Below, piece by piece: positions 12,355 through 25,119 of a DNA stretch of 64,000 nucleotides. The DNA is from Camelus ferus (lineage: Eukaryota): contig NC_045696.1 of the NCBI RefSeq assembly GCF_009834535.1, forward strand, positions 7,566,001-7,630,000, written 5' to 3'. How positions within the stretch are numbered: the first letter of the stretch is position 1; every line of letters begins with the position of its first letter. A model generated the notes under the pieces. The model was not told the origin of the DNA, ran no database searches, and was given only the letters and a program-made list of their open reading frames with translations. The position numbers and the translations under genes were made by a program.

Positions 12355-13267
12355 TAGGAATAGAAACAGAAAATGAGTTTTAAAAAGAACTCCAGGGAAG
12401 AGTTTCAGAAGGACAGGGGCTGGCTACTGGCCTCTTTTCCCTCCGATCTCCTCCCACCCCAGGCCATGAGTCCCCTCTCTCCAGTGATTCATGAGGAAGG
12501 AGGCTCTTTCAGGCTCCCTGCTGTCTGGCTTTCAACGGGGTTCAGCCAAGGGGTGGGTAGGAGGCCAGAGGCGTGGAGAGGCGGGGGGAACTCTCCCGTC
12601 TCCCCAGCTCTGGCGGTGCCCACAGCAGCAGCTGCTTTCCCTGTGGCTCCATCTCCCACGGGCAGATTTGTGAGGTTCCGGCTTCCACCAGGAGCCCCTG
12701 GCTCCCAGGCTGAAGTCACTCCATCTCCTTGCAGGCCGGTAGTGCCTTTCTGCTATTTCTATTCTCTGAGTTGCCCCCGGAGCCCCGTGTTTGGAGTGTT
12801 AGCACCTTTGGAGTGTCTGTAGCCAATTCTCAGTATCGTATCCCTGTCAGTGGTTTCTGCTTCCCTGACTGGTCGAGGCACCATGGCCAGGGAGGCCAAC
12901 ACTGCAGAAAGATGGAGAATGGTTAGATCTTTGAGCAATGAGGGTAGAAGCTACAATTCTAGGGGTTAGGAAGGGAATCTCTGTCAACCTGATGGATTTA
13001 TACCAATTCTCCGTTGAGGTTTTAATTTGTACATACTTTTGAGATTGAGCACCTCTTCATGTTTACCGGCCAAAAGGTTTTTGAAGTGCTTATTCAAGCG
13101 TTTAGTGCCCTCACCCCCATTTTTTCCGACTGTTTCTTATCGACTTTAAGTTCTTTATATAGACCAGATATGAAATCTTTATCAAGTATTTGTGTTGTGA
13201 AAATACCTTTTCTCATTTCAGAGCATGTCTTTTTTTATAGTGTCTCAATAGAGGTTCTTAATTGTAT

Positions 13268-13408
13268 TTTATTTAAAAAATTTTTTGAAGGGGGAAGGAG
13301 GTAATTAGATTTTTATTTAATTATTTATTTAATGGAGGTACTGGGGATTGAACCCAGGACCATGAGGGTGCTAAGCACATCCTCTACCACTGAGCTATAC
13401 CCTCCCCT
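13268..13408 (-). mobile_element. tRNA-Ala-derived SINE (vic-1-like)
   Basis: Reverse-complement head. TSD aggttcttaattgta / aggttcttcattgta. Confidence 0.88.
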
Positions 13409-14895
13409 CAAGGTTCTTCATTGTAATGTATTCTGTCTTTTCCTGTATAACTAGTGGTCTCGGTATCTTGATTGACTATTCTTTCCCTAGTTTGAGGTCA
13501 CAAAGATATTCTATCTTCTAAAACCTTTATAGTTCTAGACTCCTGAGTCCTGAATGTCACACCTTCCCTGTCCATCCATTTATCTATTTTTAACTTATCT
13601 TTCTCCTAAAGTACATCCTCTAGTGAGAGTCTGTATGTGGTAAACTGAAGCCTGAAGTCATATTTCTGAAAATATCTTTTTTTCTTCTCTCTACTTGAAT
13701 GATCGTCCGGGAAGGTCAACAGTTTTAGGCTAAGTTAGTTTCTCTTGGTATTTTGAAGCTATTATTCCATTGTTTTCTATCTAATTGCTCTGACTTTGGA
13801 AGCAATCTTTTCTTTCTCAGGTAGCTTTGGAGAACGTCTCTTTCCTTGATAGTGTCCAGTGACACTGCTGAACCTATGTGTCAATTTGTATTTATTATAG
13901 TTGGTGTTCTGGGTTATTGTGGGAAATGAACTGTGCATGTGATTTAAAAGCAAGAGCTGCTCTGCAGGAGAGAAGGAGGGAGCGCTCATCACACCCCAGA
14001 TCTTGACCCTGTCACCCTCGCAGGTGTCCTCTGTAGTAAGTGAAGCCTCCCCCTCACTCCAGGAAGTGCCTGGTGCCCAGCAGGGAAGGAGGGGCTTTGT
14101 GACACAGGTAAGGGAGGGAGGCCTCAGGATGCCCAGCAGGGGAGGGAAAGGCAGACCCTGTGGTCCTGGGACTTCAAAAGGCTATTTGAAAGGGTCACAG
14201 TGTTTGTCTAAAAGAACGTTTAGGATCTGTCATTTTGTGGAGCATTTTCCTTTCTCCAACTACTGACATGAGTTCTGTCTTCTATGGAGGGGCTGATTTC
14301 TTCCTCCTCCTCTGTGGACACACCATTGACACATTTGCATCTGACGAGGTGCCTTTCCAGAGATTATAACCTGCTTTCCTCCACTACAAGAGGGACATGG
14401 ACACAGTGAGATGTGGGGGAGGGTCCGCCTGCGGTGGGTGTTCAGTGTCTGGTCCAGACCTCAAGTCCTTATTAAATTAAGTTTCCTTTTTTAAAAAATG
14501 TACTTAAACTTCCCAATTAAACAACTCTCATATATCTAGCACATTGAACTTATCTGTATGGCAAACCCGATATTCTCTTGGCTGTTTCAGTACAGTTCAT
14601 CAACTTAGTAGGATTTCCATTTAAAAGCAAGGACCTCTTTCAAATTAAGAGTTGTCAGGCTGTCCCTGAAATGGCCACATTCTCTAACACATTTCAAGCA
14701 TATAAATACCAATATGCATACATTCCTTATTAATCCAGAACTATAAATCTATGGTTTTGCTTCTTCCAAGGCTTTTTATATTTAACACAAAATTTTATTG
14801 AATTAGGAGATGGATGCTGTTAAAAAAAGTTACTGTCCTAGTTAACTAAGATCGTTTATCACCAGAGATACTTGCTTTTTTCCCCCGAGTCTTTA

Positions 14896-14998
14896 TTTTG
14901 TACTTTTTTTTTTTTAAATGGAGGTTCTGGGGATTGAACCCAGGACTTTTTGCATGCTAAGTATGAGCTCTACCACTGAGCTACACCCTCCCCGCCCC
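14896..14998 (-). mobile_element. tRNA-Ala-derived SINE, short form
   Basis: Poly(T) then reverse head. TSD core GAGTCTTTA at 14887-14895 and 15007-15015. Confidence 0.88.
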
Positions 14999-15600
14999 AT
15001 CTTCCTGAGTCTTTAATGAGAATTGAATCCCACTGATTATCATCATATCAATGATTCTGTAACCTCAAGGAGTGTGATCAAATAGCCTCTCTCCGGATTC
15101 AAGTCAAACATTACTTATTTCTATCTGCTCAGAGGAGCCAGAAGCTCGACACAGGCTGATCAGCTCTCCAGATACGTTTAATTTTTTAGGTCTTTGGACC
15201 TAATGAAATCTTGTACTCTGTCCTATTTTTAGGACCAACCAGTTCTTCAGGAGCCTTAAAACGAGATGGAACTGAATTTTGGTTAACTCATGTGGCTCTC
15301 TCTGCTTTGGCATCACAGCTTAGGGGGTCTTAGTACTGATGCTCCCTTGGGTCAGGAACAGCCTTCTAAAGGAAGAATTTACAATTTACAGAACTTCATC
15401 AGTATAATACATGAATCAATAATACAGACATAACCAAGTAACAAGACTCAGCCAGAACATCTTATTCTGCATTCTTTTAGAATAGCCCACCTTTTACTGT
15501 GGATCGTCCTGCACTCACAGCTCTTCATACCTTTGGCGCATTTCAAATTGTCCTAATTTGGTGAGTAGGGGGTCCCTTAGGATTGGCTCCAGGATCCTTT

Positions 15601-15754
15601 TTTAAAAAATGTATTTATTTTCAAATTTTTTTGGGGGGGAGGTAATTAGGTTCATTTATTTATTTATTTTTTAAATTGAGGTCCTGGGGATTGAACTCAG
15701 GACTTCATGCATGCCAAGCATGCACTCTACCACTGAGCTATACCCTCCCCCTCC
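15601..15754 (-). mobile_element. tRNA-Ala-derived SINE (vic-1-like)
   Basis: Reverse head and tail, flanked by ATCCTTTT repeats. Confidence 0.85.
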
Positions 15755-18074
15755 AACATCCTTTTGACAGGACCCTATTTTTCTTTGAAGCCTCTCTGCT
15801 TGCTGGCACAAGGTGTCCCAGCTTACCAGGAACCTCTCCTAACACTGAATCAGCCACTTCTCCAAGAATCTTTTTTTTTTCCCCCTTCTTAATGGAAAAA
15901 GTAGCACATACACTGGTATCTGCACTAGGGTGCATTTTGGGGTAAAGTTACTGTGAGGCCATATCAATGAACAAGGCTTGAAAAGGCATTTCTTAAAGAC
16001 ATGAGTTCACATAAACTATTTTCAATACTTTAAGGTATTCTAACTTAAAATTCTTTTGATTCTTTAATTTTATCTCCTTTCTCTTTATTTTGACTGATAA
16101 AACTGCTTTTTGCTCCATCTGACAATTTGTTCTAAAATAACAATATGATATAAATATGAGCGTTAAAGCTACTGAATAGAGGTCAAGGTTTTCTGTACAG
16201 TCCCCTTGGTTCTCAGCCCCCCAGTGACTAATAATCTCTCATTCAGCTCTTTAAATATTCATCTGATGGGGGGTTCAGTTCCACTGTTTCATTGTGCTTT
16301 CAGCTTGAGGGTACTAGTATTCTAAAAGCTGATGGTTTGTAGAAGGTGGCAACATTTAGCAAGCAGTTCCTTCTCTTCAGATCCTGGAGGTGGGGGGGGG
16401 GTCCACCCACATTGCTGTTCTATTTTGAAACAGCACAGTGTACAACATCCTGTACATGTTTCATTTCACCCCTATCATGTCCATTTACTGTCACTTAAAA
16501 CACAGTTAAAAGATTCACACATGTGTGATCTCTAGCCGAACTAACTGGTTCTGCATATTATTTTGATTTTGAAAATATCAGAATGAACATCTTTTACAGT
16601 TGGAAAATATGTTTTTACTATAATCAATCCCATCTTAAAACTTAGATTGTGTTTAAAAATGTATTAACGTTCTCTCGCCAATTTAATAGGTGTTTCATAT
16701 TGTGCTACCAAGATTTATAGTGAATAAACTCACGTGATTTTCCCAGGTAGTGTTACCCTGGCCTACTAACAGCTGATATGTTTCTTTTTACTGCAGGAGA
16801 TCAGGGAGATAGCTATTATTTTGATATAGATCCCTATTACTTACATAATTGAGAAATAATGACATATCACCTACAGGCTCTAAAGGTTTTATGTGAAAGC
16901 ATCTTTTAATTCCTGGGCCACAGTACACATCTTGCCTTTACTATTACCTGTATTTTTAATTACAGACAACTCTGGTGTAGAGTCCTTCTGATAAATATAA
17001 AACTTACAAAAGCAAAAATAAAGTTTACTAAAATAAAATGCAATTAGAATAATACATTTCTTAGTTTCATTATACAATAACAAATCACTTGTGGAAATTT
17101 AAAAGGCATTTAATACAAAATTTTCCTATTTGGAATAAAGGTTTTTAAAAATTGGGATTCCAAAATTAACTTCTGATGAAGGGTAGGGGTGGTGCTGGCT
17201 GGCTCTTCCCCTGCCTTTAGCTTGAGCATTTGCTAATCAGCAAGATTTAAATGACAACTTTGCTTCCCTTTGATGCCCTGGACATGGCCCAAGCCTCTAA
17301 TCTATTCTTTGTTTCGGGTCAGTCTAAAATTGCATTTTTCTTTTTAAATTATTTTTAAATTATTTATTATTTTCAAATAGGTGGCCGTTCTTAAGACCCT
17401 GGGGATCTCTGAATATCATTTGCAGCCCAACACGTTGTGGAGGAAATAGATTTCTTTTATCTACAAAACAGAGAATATGTAGTTTAACTGCTAAAAATGA
17501 ACTGTTTAGTTATAGCTATTTAAATTTCAGCATCTATGCAACACTTCCTCCTAGACTGGGATTCTTTATTTTAAAAGCAAACTTCCCAGCTCTAGCCATT
17601 TGACTGATTAGTTTTCTGAATGCTTTCCAGGTTCAGACAGAGCTAATGTCAGTATACCAGGCCTCCTCTGGGGAGGAGCAATCATCTATCTAATGGGGGG
17701 CAGGACAGCATCCCCTAGGGGAGTGATAGTCTTTTGGTTTACACTCTTGCCTTGTCCCCAGTCATCATTTCCAGAGCATGCCTCCTAAGGGCTAGAGACC
17801 AGAGACTGAGTCTGGGAAGGCTGTTCTTAGAGACAGCCATTCATTTTGATGGGTTACTGAGGTGGTCTTCAGACACTGGCTGTTAAGCAATGCCTTTCTC
17901 CCTGCAGTGATGTTCTTATAAATGACAGTCTTGCTTTACATTCCCAGTCTGTGATCTTTTACTTCCACAACAATCTGTGAAGAGTCTTGTAAGGCGTCTA
18001 GAGCAGCCCAGATGCAGGGAATGACAAAGGTGGACGTTGGCAATGTTTCTTGAACTTCGTGAATGAATTGGGGA

Positions 18075-18192
18075 TTTTGTTAAAGTGCAGTTGCTGATTC
18101 AGTGGGTCTAGGGTGAGGCCTGGGATTCTGCATTTCTAGTAAATGCCCAGGTGATGCCGAAGCATTCAAGGACTACACTTTTGAGTAGTGAG
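18075..18192. mobile_element. MER5-type hAT-Charlie DNA transposon relic
   Basis: ctgattcagtgggtctagggtgaggcctgggattctgcatttcta...cccaggtgatgc...acacttttgagtag. Confidence 0.75.
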
Positions 18193-19589
18193 GGACTACA
18201 GGATGTGAATCAGGTTCACATACAGTAAGATCCCCTGATATCTTATTTTGACATCCTTCCCCTTTTCTTTGCTATCTGCGGATGATGAAGCTAAGCTCCT
18301 TAAGTCTTTCTGTCATTTTATGTGGGATCATAAACAGAGCCTGCTGTGTGACTCTTTCTTCTTCCTTTCTACCTGCCTTCCTGTATCCCTTCCTGGGCAT
18401 GAATGGTATCAGTGCTCCTCAATCCAAGGGTCAGGAAGGGACCTTACCTGCTTCTCATTTCATAGTGACCTACTGTGGTCCCCATTCTTTATAAGAGAGA
18501 ACTGGCTGACCCCAACATTTTCCTACGATGTCTTCTGAGACCACGACATCTTGAAGTATCTAAGGTCAAGCCTGGAAAGTTCTCATCCGGTCAGGTGGAG
18601 CTGTGGCATCTGTGGGGAAGTGAGTTTGCAAAGTTCTTAAGGAACCTGAAAACCTAGGGATGATTGTGACTTTCAGGTAGAAGAGATGACCTTTCCATTC
18701 CTAGCAGGGGTGGAGAGACTGGTCCTTAGAGCCATAATTCAGCAAACTCCAAGAAGGCTATCTGAAGTGTTTGTCTAATGAAACATTAGGATTTATCACT
18801 CTGTTATGCTTTTTCATTTTCTAAATTCCTGAGTTGTTAGCCCTGTGTTATCATGGAGGGACCGAGTCCCTCCACAGAAGGGACTCGTTCATTTGTTCCT
18901 CCAATGACACAATTTTATGACTTGTTATTGTGCTGGAACCTACTTTCCAGCTGCCACTGCCCTGTAGGGAAGTGTAGGATATGGCTTCAGCCCTGCTCAT
19001 CAAATCTTTTTTCCATTTCTGGTCCACTGTGATGCTTACCTTGTTTTTGAGCCCAGTTCTTTCTTTTTGGTTTCTCTCTTTTTAAATCTATTGCTGCTGT
19101 GTGTACCAGGGAGGATTTCCTATGTCATCTGACCAGAATTCTGAGGTTGTGAAAGTGGGTTTTCTATACTGCTATTTTGAGCAGATGAATAAATGTTCAA
19201 GGTATTTTAAAAGACAGTCCTTGGATTAAGAAAGACTTGGGAGTGGCATTCCTGATGGCTTTTACTGCATCATACCACCCACTTACAGCAAAGGCCAGGA
19301 CAGGAAGCAACGCAGGGAAAACCTCGGCCCTGTTTCAGAGTTGCTGAGGTTCTTTACATACTGTCTTAAAAAACAACAACGAAGTACCAGGGGAGAAAGC
19401 ACTGCCAGCATCAGGAATCATTATGCTTCTCTTAGGGGACAAGAACACTGTGAATCATAACTGACATTTCCCTCTTCCTACTGGTCTTAGGATGCTCACA
19501 GTCCAGTTGGTGACCCACATGTACCAGAACATCAGTCAGCCTTTTCAGTGCTCATCTGTCTTCAACTTGTTTCCCACTCTTATTTGATT

Positions 19590-20017
19590 ATTTTTGAAAA
19601 CTGAAGTATAGTTGATTTTCAATGTTGTGTTAGTCTCAGGTGTACAGCAAAGTGATTCAGTTACACATTATGTCTATTCTTTTTCGTATTTCCATTATAG
19701 GTTATTACAAGCTACTGAATATAGTTCCCTGCACTATACAGTAGGTCCTTGTTGTTTATCTATGTTACATATAGTGTGTATCTGTTAATCCCATACTCCT
19801 AATTTATCCCTCCCCTTCCTTTTCCCCTTAGGTAACCATAAGTTTGTTTTCTATTCTTTTTTTTGAATAAGTTCATTTGTGTCTTTTTTTTTTAGATTCC
19901 ACCTAAAAGTGGTATCATATGATATTTGCCTTTGTCTGCCTTACTTCATTTAGTACGATAATCTCTAGGCGTTTCCAAGTTGCTGCAAATGGCATTATTT
20001 CATTCTTTTTTATGGCT
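19590..20017 (-). mobile_element. L1 3' end
   Basis: tgaagtatagttgattttcaatgttgtgttagt...gttgctgcaaatggcattatttcattctttttt is an antisense L1 3' UTR. Confidence 0.85.
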
Positions 20018-20429
20018 CCTGCCCTTATTTTAAAACAGTCCAGAAGTGCATGTATCATTGCATTCTACGAACTTACGTGATTTATCTTAAAATCCTTTTT
20101 TGCATGAAGGTCTAATATAATCTAATGAAATCAGTCTCACCTTATTTTCCCACCTGGACTGGCTAGCGGCTGTGTGTTATCAGTACACGTTGACTCCTGG
20201 CACGAGGCTGGTTAATGTTGGTTGTTGACGTTAAAAACATACAGAGCGCCTTCCTCAATCTGCCTCACATCCCTCAAGGAAGGAAGGCCGGACTCTGTCT
20301 TACAACGCGCCAAGGAGCCACAGGGCTTACTCCCAGGTCCCCAACCTGTTTCACTCCACCCCCCCCCCCCCCCCGGCCTGCCCTCTCCCTCCACGTTACC
20401 TCCATCCTCCACCCTGAGCGGCCTCTCCT

Positions 20430-21270
20430 GGCCCCCTCCCACTCACCTCCCCCGGCGCAGCCTCCTTTCTCCATCCATCACCTCCCTCCCCCCTCACACC
20501 CTTCCCTCCCAGCCTGGCTTCTCGACTCCCTCCATCAATGCGGCTGCCCCTCCCGCTCCCCCGCCGCCCCGCGGCCTTCCCGGGGCGGCGCGGCCTCTTC
20601 CGGCCTGCGGGAGGGCGGGGCCGGGCGCTCAGGCAGGCGGGCCGGCCGGTGGTGCGAGCGTCCGGGGCCAGCGCTCCGCCGCCGGCCGGCCGGCCATGCT
20701 CATCACGCTGTGCTACCTGTACCTGTGGGCGCGCTGGGGGCGCCGGCCGGCCGCTCTCGTGCGCACCACGGTGCAGCGGCTGCGCGCCTCGCGCTGCTCC
20801 TTCACCTTCTGCGGCGCCGCCGCGCAGCCCCGGGACGCCCGCGTGTGCCTGAGCCGCGGCGGCCGCGTCTTCTGCGTCGGCGAGAGCCAGGTGGGCGGGC
20901 GCGGGGCGCCGCGGGGCGCGGCCCGGCGGGGGGCGGGGGCGGGGCCGGGCGGGTTGGGGGGCTCGAGGGCGGGGCCGGCCGGGGGCGCGGCCTCCGGTCC
21001 GCCCAAAGCCGGAAGCGCCCCCGGGGCCCCGCGCCGTCCCTGTTCCCGGGCTGTGCACCTCGGCGGCTCTCTCCGCGAGGCCCTGAGGCCGCGGGCTTGG
21101 GCTCCCGGGAGGGCCAGATTCCGGGGCTCCACTGCGTGCGGTGCCCGCGGGAGCCTGCAGAAGAGGACCGAAGGCGGAAACTGTGACATGCAATCTGGTC
21201 GCCTCTCCACGAGGTGCCGGCGCAAGTGTATGGACGCCTGGCTCCTGGCATGTACCCTTGTGTCTGTGCG
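20430..21270. promoter_or_regulatory. CpG island and promoter of HLCS coding exon 1
   Basis: Very GC- and CpG-dense. GC box GGGCGGGG at 20613-20620 with more in intron 1. ETS-like CTTCCGG (20597) and CCGGAAG (21009). No TATA box seen. Overlaps the start codon. Confidence 0.9.
20696..20890 (+). CDS. HLCS: Holocarboxylase synthetase, coding exon 1 of the long isoform (65 codons, MLITLCYLYLWARWGRRP...VGESQ)
   Basis: ATG in GGCCATGC inside a CpG island. Peptide recognised as the N-terminus of the long HLCS isoform. Donor CAG|GTGGGC, phase 0, joins exon 2 in frame. Confidence 0.92.
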
Positions 21271-22775
21271 ATGTGGATTAGCACCTGAGCAGTGCTCACC
21301 TGGAGCCTCTTTCCTGACACCCTCTCTTGCCTACACTGTAGGCTGGAGTTTGGTTGAACCTGATTTTAGAGAAAGACAGCAAATCCTCAGCTTTCTGTCA
21401 GGTATTTCCCAGGTGACAAAACACTGCCCTGTCCCCGGCTCCTGCCAGTTGCGTCTTTTGCCAACCGGGGCACCTGCTGATTATCTTTGCATCTTTATGG
21501 TTTCGTTTTGCGTTGTTTTGCCTTCCGGCCCAATATTTAACCTGGTGGCTACAAGTTCAGCGGGCTCTGTCACCCACTGTGTAACCTGGGGTGGCCGTTT
21601 AATCTCTGCAAAAGCTCTGCTATCTTTCTGTAAAAGGAAACAATAGTTCCTTCCACTCAGCTACTGGAAATGGGCTTCAAGGTCCAGTTCTGATCAAATT
21701 TCCGTTGATATCGCTGACATTTTTTTCATTCACATTTAAGTTTTTTGCTCTTAATCGGTTTCTTGCCCTTCTTCCTTCTGGAAAGTTGCATCACTCTTAG
21801 TACTGAAACGAGATCTTTGTGTGTAAAACTACACACCCTGTGGGAATTAAAATCCATTATCTCAGGTTTGACTATTTTGTTGAAATTAGGTTTAGGTTTG
21901 AGAGTATACTTAGATGTTAAAAATCAAAAATAGCCATCCTTTTTGGTATATTATATAGCACAGAATTTGAGTAATTATTTTGTCAGTTCTAAGAAGGTGC
22001 TTATCTAATATCGCAGATTTGAGGGGGAGATGTCCGTTCATATTACATACAAAGTACTCCTTAGTGAGGGAGGGCTTAATTCTTTCAAGGAACCCTTACT
22101 GAAAAAGATGATAAAATAAGGAAAATTGAGGAGTGGGTTTTTCTATGGTAGTGGTTTCCAAACTGGATTCAGTCACCTAAAAAATAATCGCTAAGAGGTT
22201 TAGATTAGAGAAGTTTTGTACATTCGAAAGTAATGAGATGCAAATATGTTTAATTTTCTTGGAAGATAGTTTTACTTTTGCACATCTGCATGACTTCATT
22301 GGTCTTCTGTTAACTTTGATAGCTGTAACTAAAGCCTGTCAGCCCTCGCTGACTGCTCCAGCTTGGCGTACGGGCATCTGGGCCAGACCAGCCGTAGGCT
22401 TTCAGGGGTTTTGTAATTTGCTGTGTCCTGCTCTTTGCACAGTTAACTTTGCTTCACCTTAGAGCTTTGCCCAGATACCAGTGTTTCACAGAGATGTCGC
22501 TGAATTTCCAGACTAGATGGGACCAGCCAGCTCTGTGTCCTCATAGACATTAAATCACACTTCATATTTCCAATTTTTATCTCTTTCTCTCTAGGAACTG
22601 GATCTGTTTAGCTTAGCAGATTGACCTGTAATTGGCACTCGGTATTTCAATGGATGAAGTGTTCAGTGGTTGTTGGGTTTACGCTCTGATATTTGAAGCC
22701 TGTAATTGGAAAGCTTGACTATTTTGTGTTTAGCTACTGTTATTTTAAGGTTTAAAATACCGTGGTGGGGGGCGT

Positions 22776-22870
22776 GGGGTGGGTGTAGCTCAGCGGTACA
22801 GTGATAGAGCATATGCTCAGTATGCATAAGGTCCTGGGTTCAATCCCCAGTACCTCCATTTAAAAGAAGA
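22776..22870 (+). mobile_element. tRNA-Ala-derived SINE
   Basis: GGGTGTAGCTCAGCGGTA ... GGTTCAATCCCCAGTACCTCCATT with an A-rich tail. Confidence 0.82.
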
Positions 22871-23967
22871 AACGCTGCTGATGATTTGGTTGAGTACATA
22901 CCTTATTGTCAGTCTGCGAGGACTGAAGTAGCTTTACAGGACTGAATCTTCTGCCTGTGCTGTTTCCATATTTTATATATTTAAAATTAGATGCATAAAT
23001 ACTGAATGTGTATATTTATATAATCGAAGCTCCCACAAGAATTGATAAGTATAACCGAAGATAGTTTATACAAACTGGAAATTTTAAGCCGTTTGTTTAA
23101 TATACATATTTTCTATGAGTAAAGTTGGACAATCTGTTTTTTATTTTTAACTGTTAAGTTGATAATTATGTTTAGCCATAGGAGGAGTTTTTTCTCCCTC
23201 AAATTTTCATTCATTAATTAGTTCAAAAGATATTTATTAAGCTTCTTTTTTTGTGTCAGGTTACCAGGCTGGGTGAAAACACCTTCTGATCTTCCCAACA
23301 AGGGCAGATTTGAACTGATAAGCTCTGGATCTTGACCCAAATACCTGTTTTTGGTGGGGCAGTAATGATAGGGATCCCACCTGCAGCCTTAGATTTCAGC
23401 TTTTTCTGCTCTGGATGTGCCTTGCTTTTAGTGGCTTAGAGCTTTTCAAGATTAATATGCAGTCCTGTTAGATTTCAGGAGGAGAGCAGAGGTTAGTGGA
23501 CGCATCCAATTTGCTAACCAATCTTGATGTAATGGATGGAGGGAACGGAAGCCCAGCTCTTCAGGTGTCTGTCAGTAACAGGCTTCTGCTGACTGGCATG
23601 CCCTTCGGAGGTGCCTCATCTTTAAATGTGCTTCCTGGTGGTCATTTGGAAAGCTCCTACGTGCTCTCAGCAGTAGGGAAAGGGGGGAATAAGTTTCAGA
23701 ATTAATTGCTTGATAACAAACATCTAGAGGTGTTAAAGTTGCCATGAGTCATTGAGGGATGTTGCAGCTGTTTAAATGGTCACAGTTCAACAACAACAAC
23801 AAAAAAATGCAGGATTAATGTGGTCTATAGGAGAGTATCCAGTGACCTTACTCAGATCCCACCTGGAGTGACAGAGGCAGGGGTGTCCTGGGTGTTGATA
23901 TAAGTGGCCGTTAGGGTTTGAAGTCATATTGAATCCTGCTTTTTTGCATTTCTTTCCCTCTGTCCAG

Positions 23968-24105
23968 TGCATTGATGACTTGAACAAATGGGCCCTGTTT
24001 CTGGTTTCTCCTTTTATACTTGAAGCAGAGCACATAGCATTTGTGACAGAGAGCATTTGGGTGCAAGGCGAGAATTTACAGAGACCATCATCCTCTTCAG
24101 ACACC
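23968..24105 (+). CDS. HLCS: HLCS coding exon 2 (46 codons, CIDDLNKWALFLVSPFILEAEHIAF...SSSSDT)
   Basis: Polypyrimidine tract with acceptor tgtccag|TGC and donor ACC|GTGAGT. 138 nt, phase 0-0. Peptide matches HLCS. Confidence 0.95.
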
Positions 24106-25119
24106 GTGAGTACCCTGTTTTTCACTTGTGTGCTGTAATCAAAACTAAATTTGCTTTTTCTTTGATGAGTGCTCTGTCTTGGCCTTTGTGACTCCCTTTC
24201 TTTTTGGATATTTTGGGTTAAATAAAAATATATTAGTAACATTACTAATATAGTATTAGTATAATACTGGTATAATGTTAGTAAAAGTACGTTGACCCAT
24301 TTCCTTTTACCTTTTCAATGTGGTTGCTAGATTTAAAGCTACCTGTGTTTTAAGTTGTGTTTTTGACTCACGTTATGTTATTGGGCAGCGCTGCTCATGT
24401 CTCTCCCCAGGTCGTCTGGTCCATCCCCACAGCTTCTTGCTTTTACAATCAGTGGATTTATATCCCCATGTACTTCCTAGACCTCTTACCCTAAGTATTC
24501 TGAAAGCCTTTCAAACTCAATAACATGTCCCAAACTGGTTGTTTATGTTTCTCTGCTGGGTTTTCCTCTTGATGGCCAGAATTATGTTTCTGGACACAAA
24601 TCCAGTGGCGACACGCTCTTGCTTCAGCTTTCAATGGACGCCTTCTCAGCAGATGCCGTCACCCTTGGGGCTCAAGGAAGTCTGACCCTGACCCCTCCTT
24701 GTAGGCTGCTTCTGCTTGCTGTCTGTCATGAATCCTTTCTGCCTTCACTCCCCTGCCGTGTGTTCCCCGCCTGCTACGTGGCTAATCCAGGAGGGGTTTT
24801 GCTGATGACAGCCACAGTCACTGGACCTCCATCTCAAAAACACTGTCTTTAAGATGTTTCATTGGGATGAATGAAAAAGGAGAGGAGTAAGACTAGAAAT
24901 AATTGACTAGAATTGAAGGTGGACTGAAGTGAGAGTTAAGAGGTAGGGGAAGCCACAGGAGAGCAGGAAACCGTGTTTGGGGCTCAGAAGGGGGCCCAGG
25001 ATTTGGCAGGGGGCCTGAGAGTAGCCCAGTGTGCTTCGGCAGTGCTTTCACCTGCAGGTTCCTAATGTTTTATTTAGCCTTACATGTACCTATGGTAATA
25101 GTAATACCATTTTTTGAGC

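Noticed and set aside
20215..21646. 474-aa, 323-aa, 265-aa and similar ORFs around exon 1
   Set aside because: Only 20696-20890 matches HLCS and is bounded by an ATG and a donor. The rest is GC-rich read-through of promoter and intron 1.
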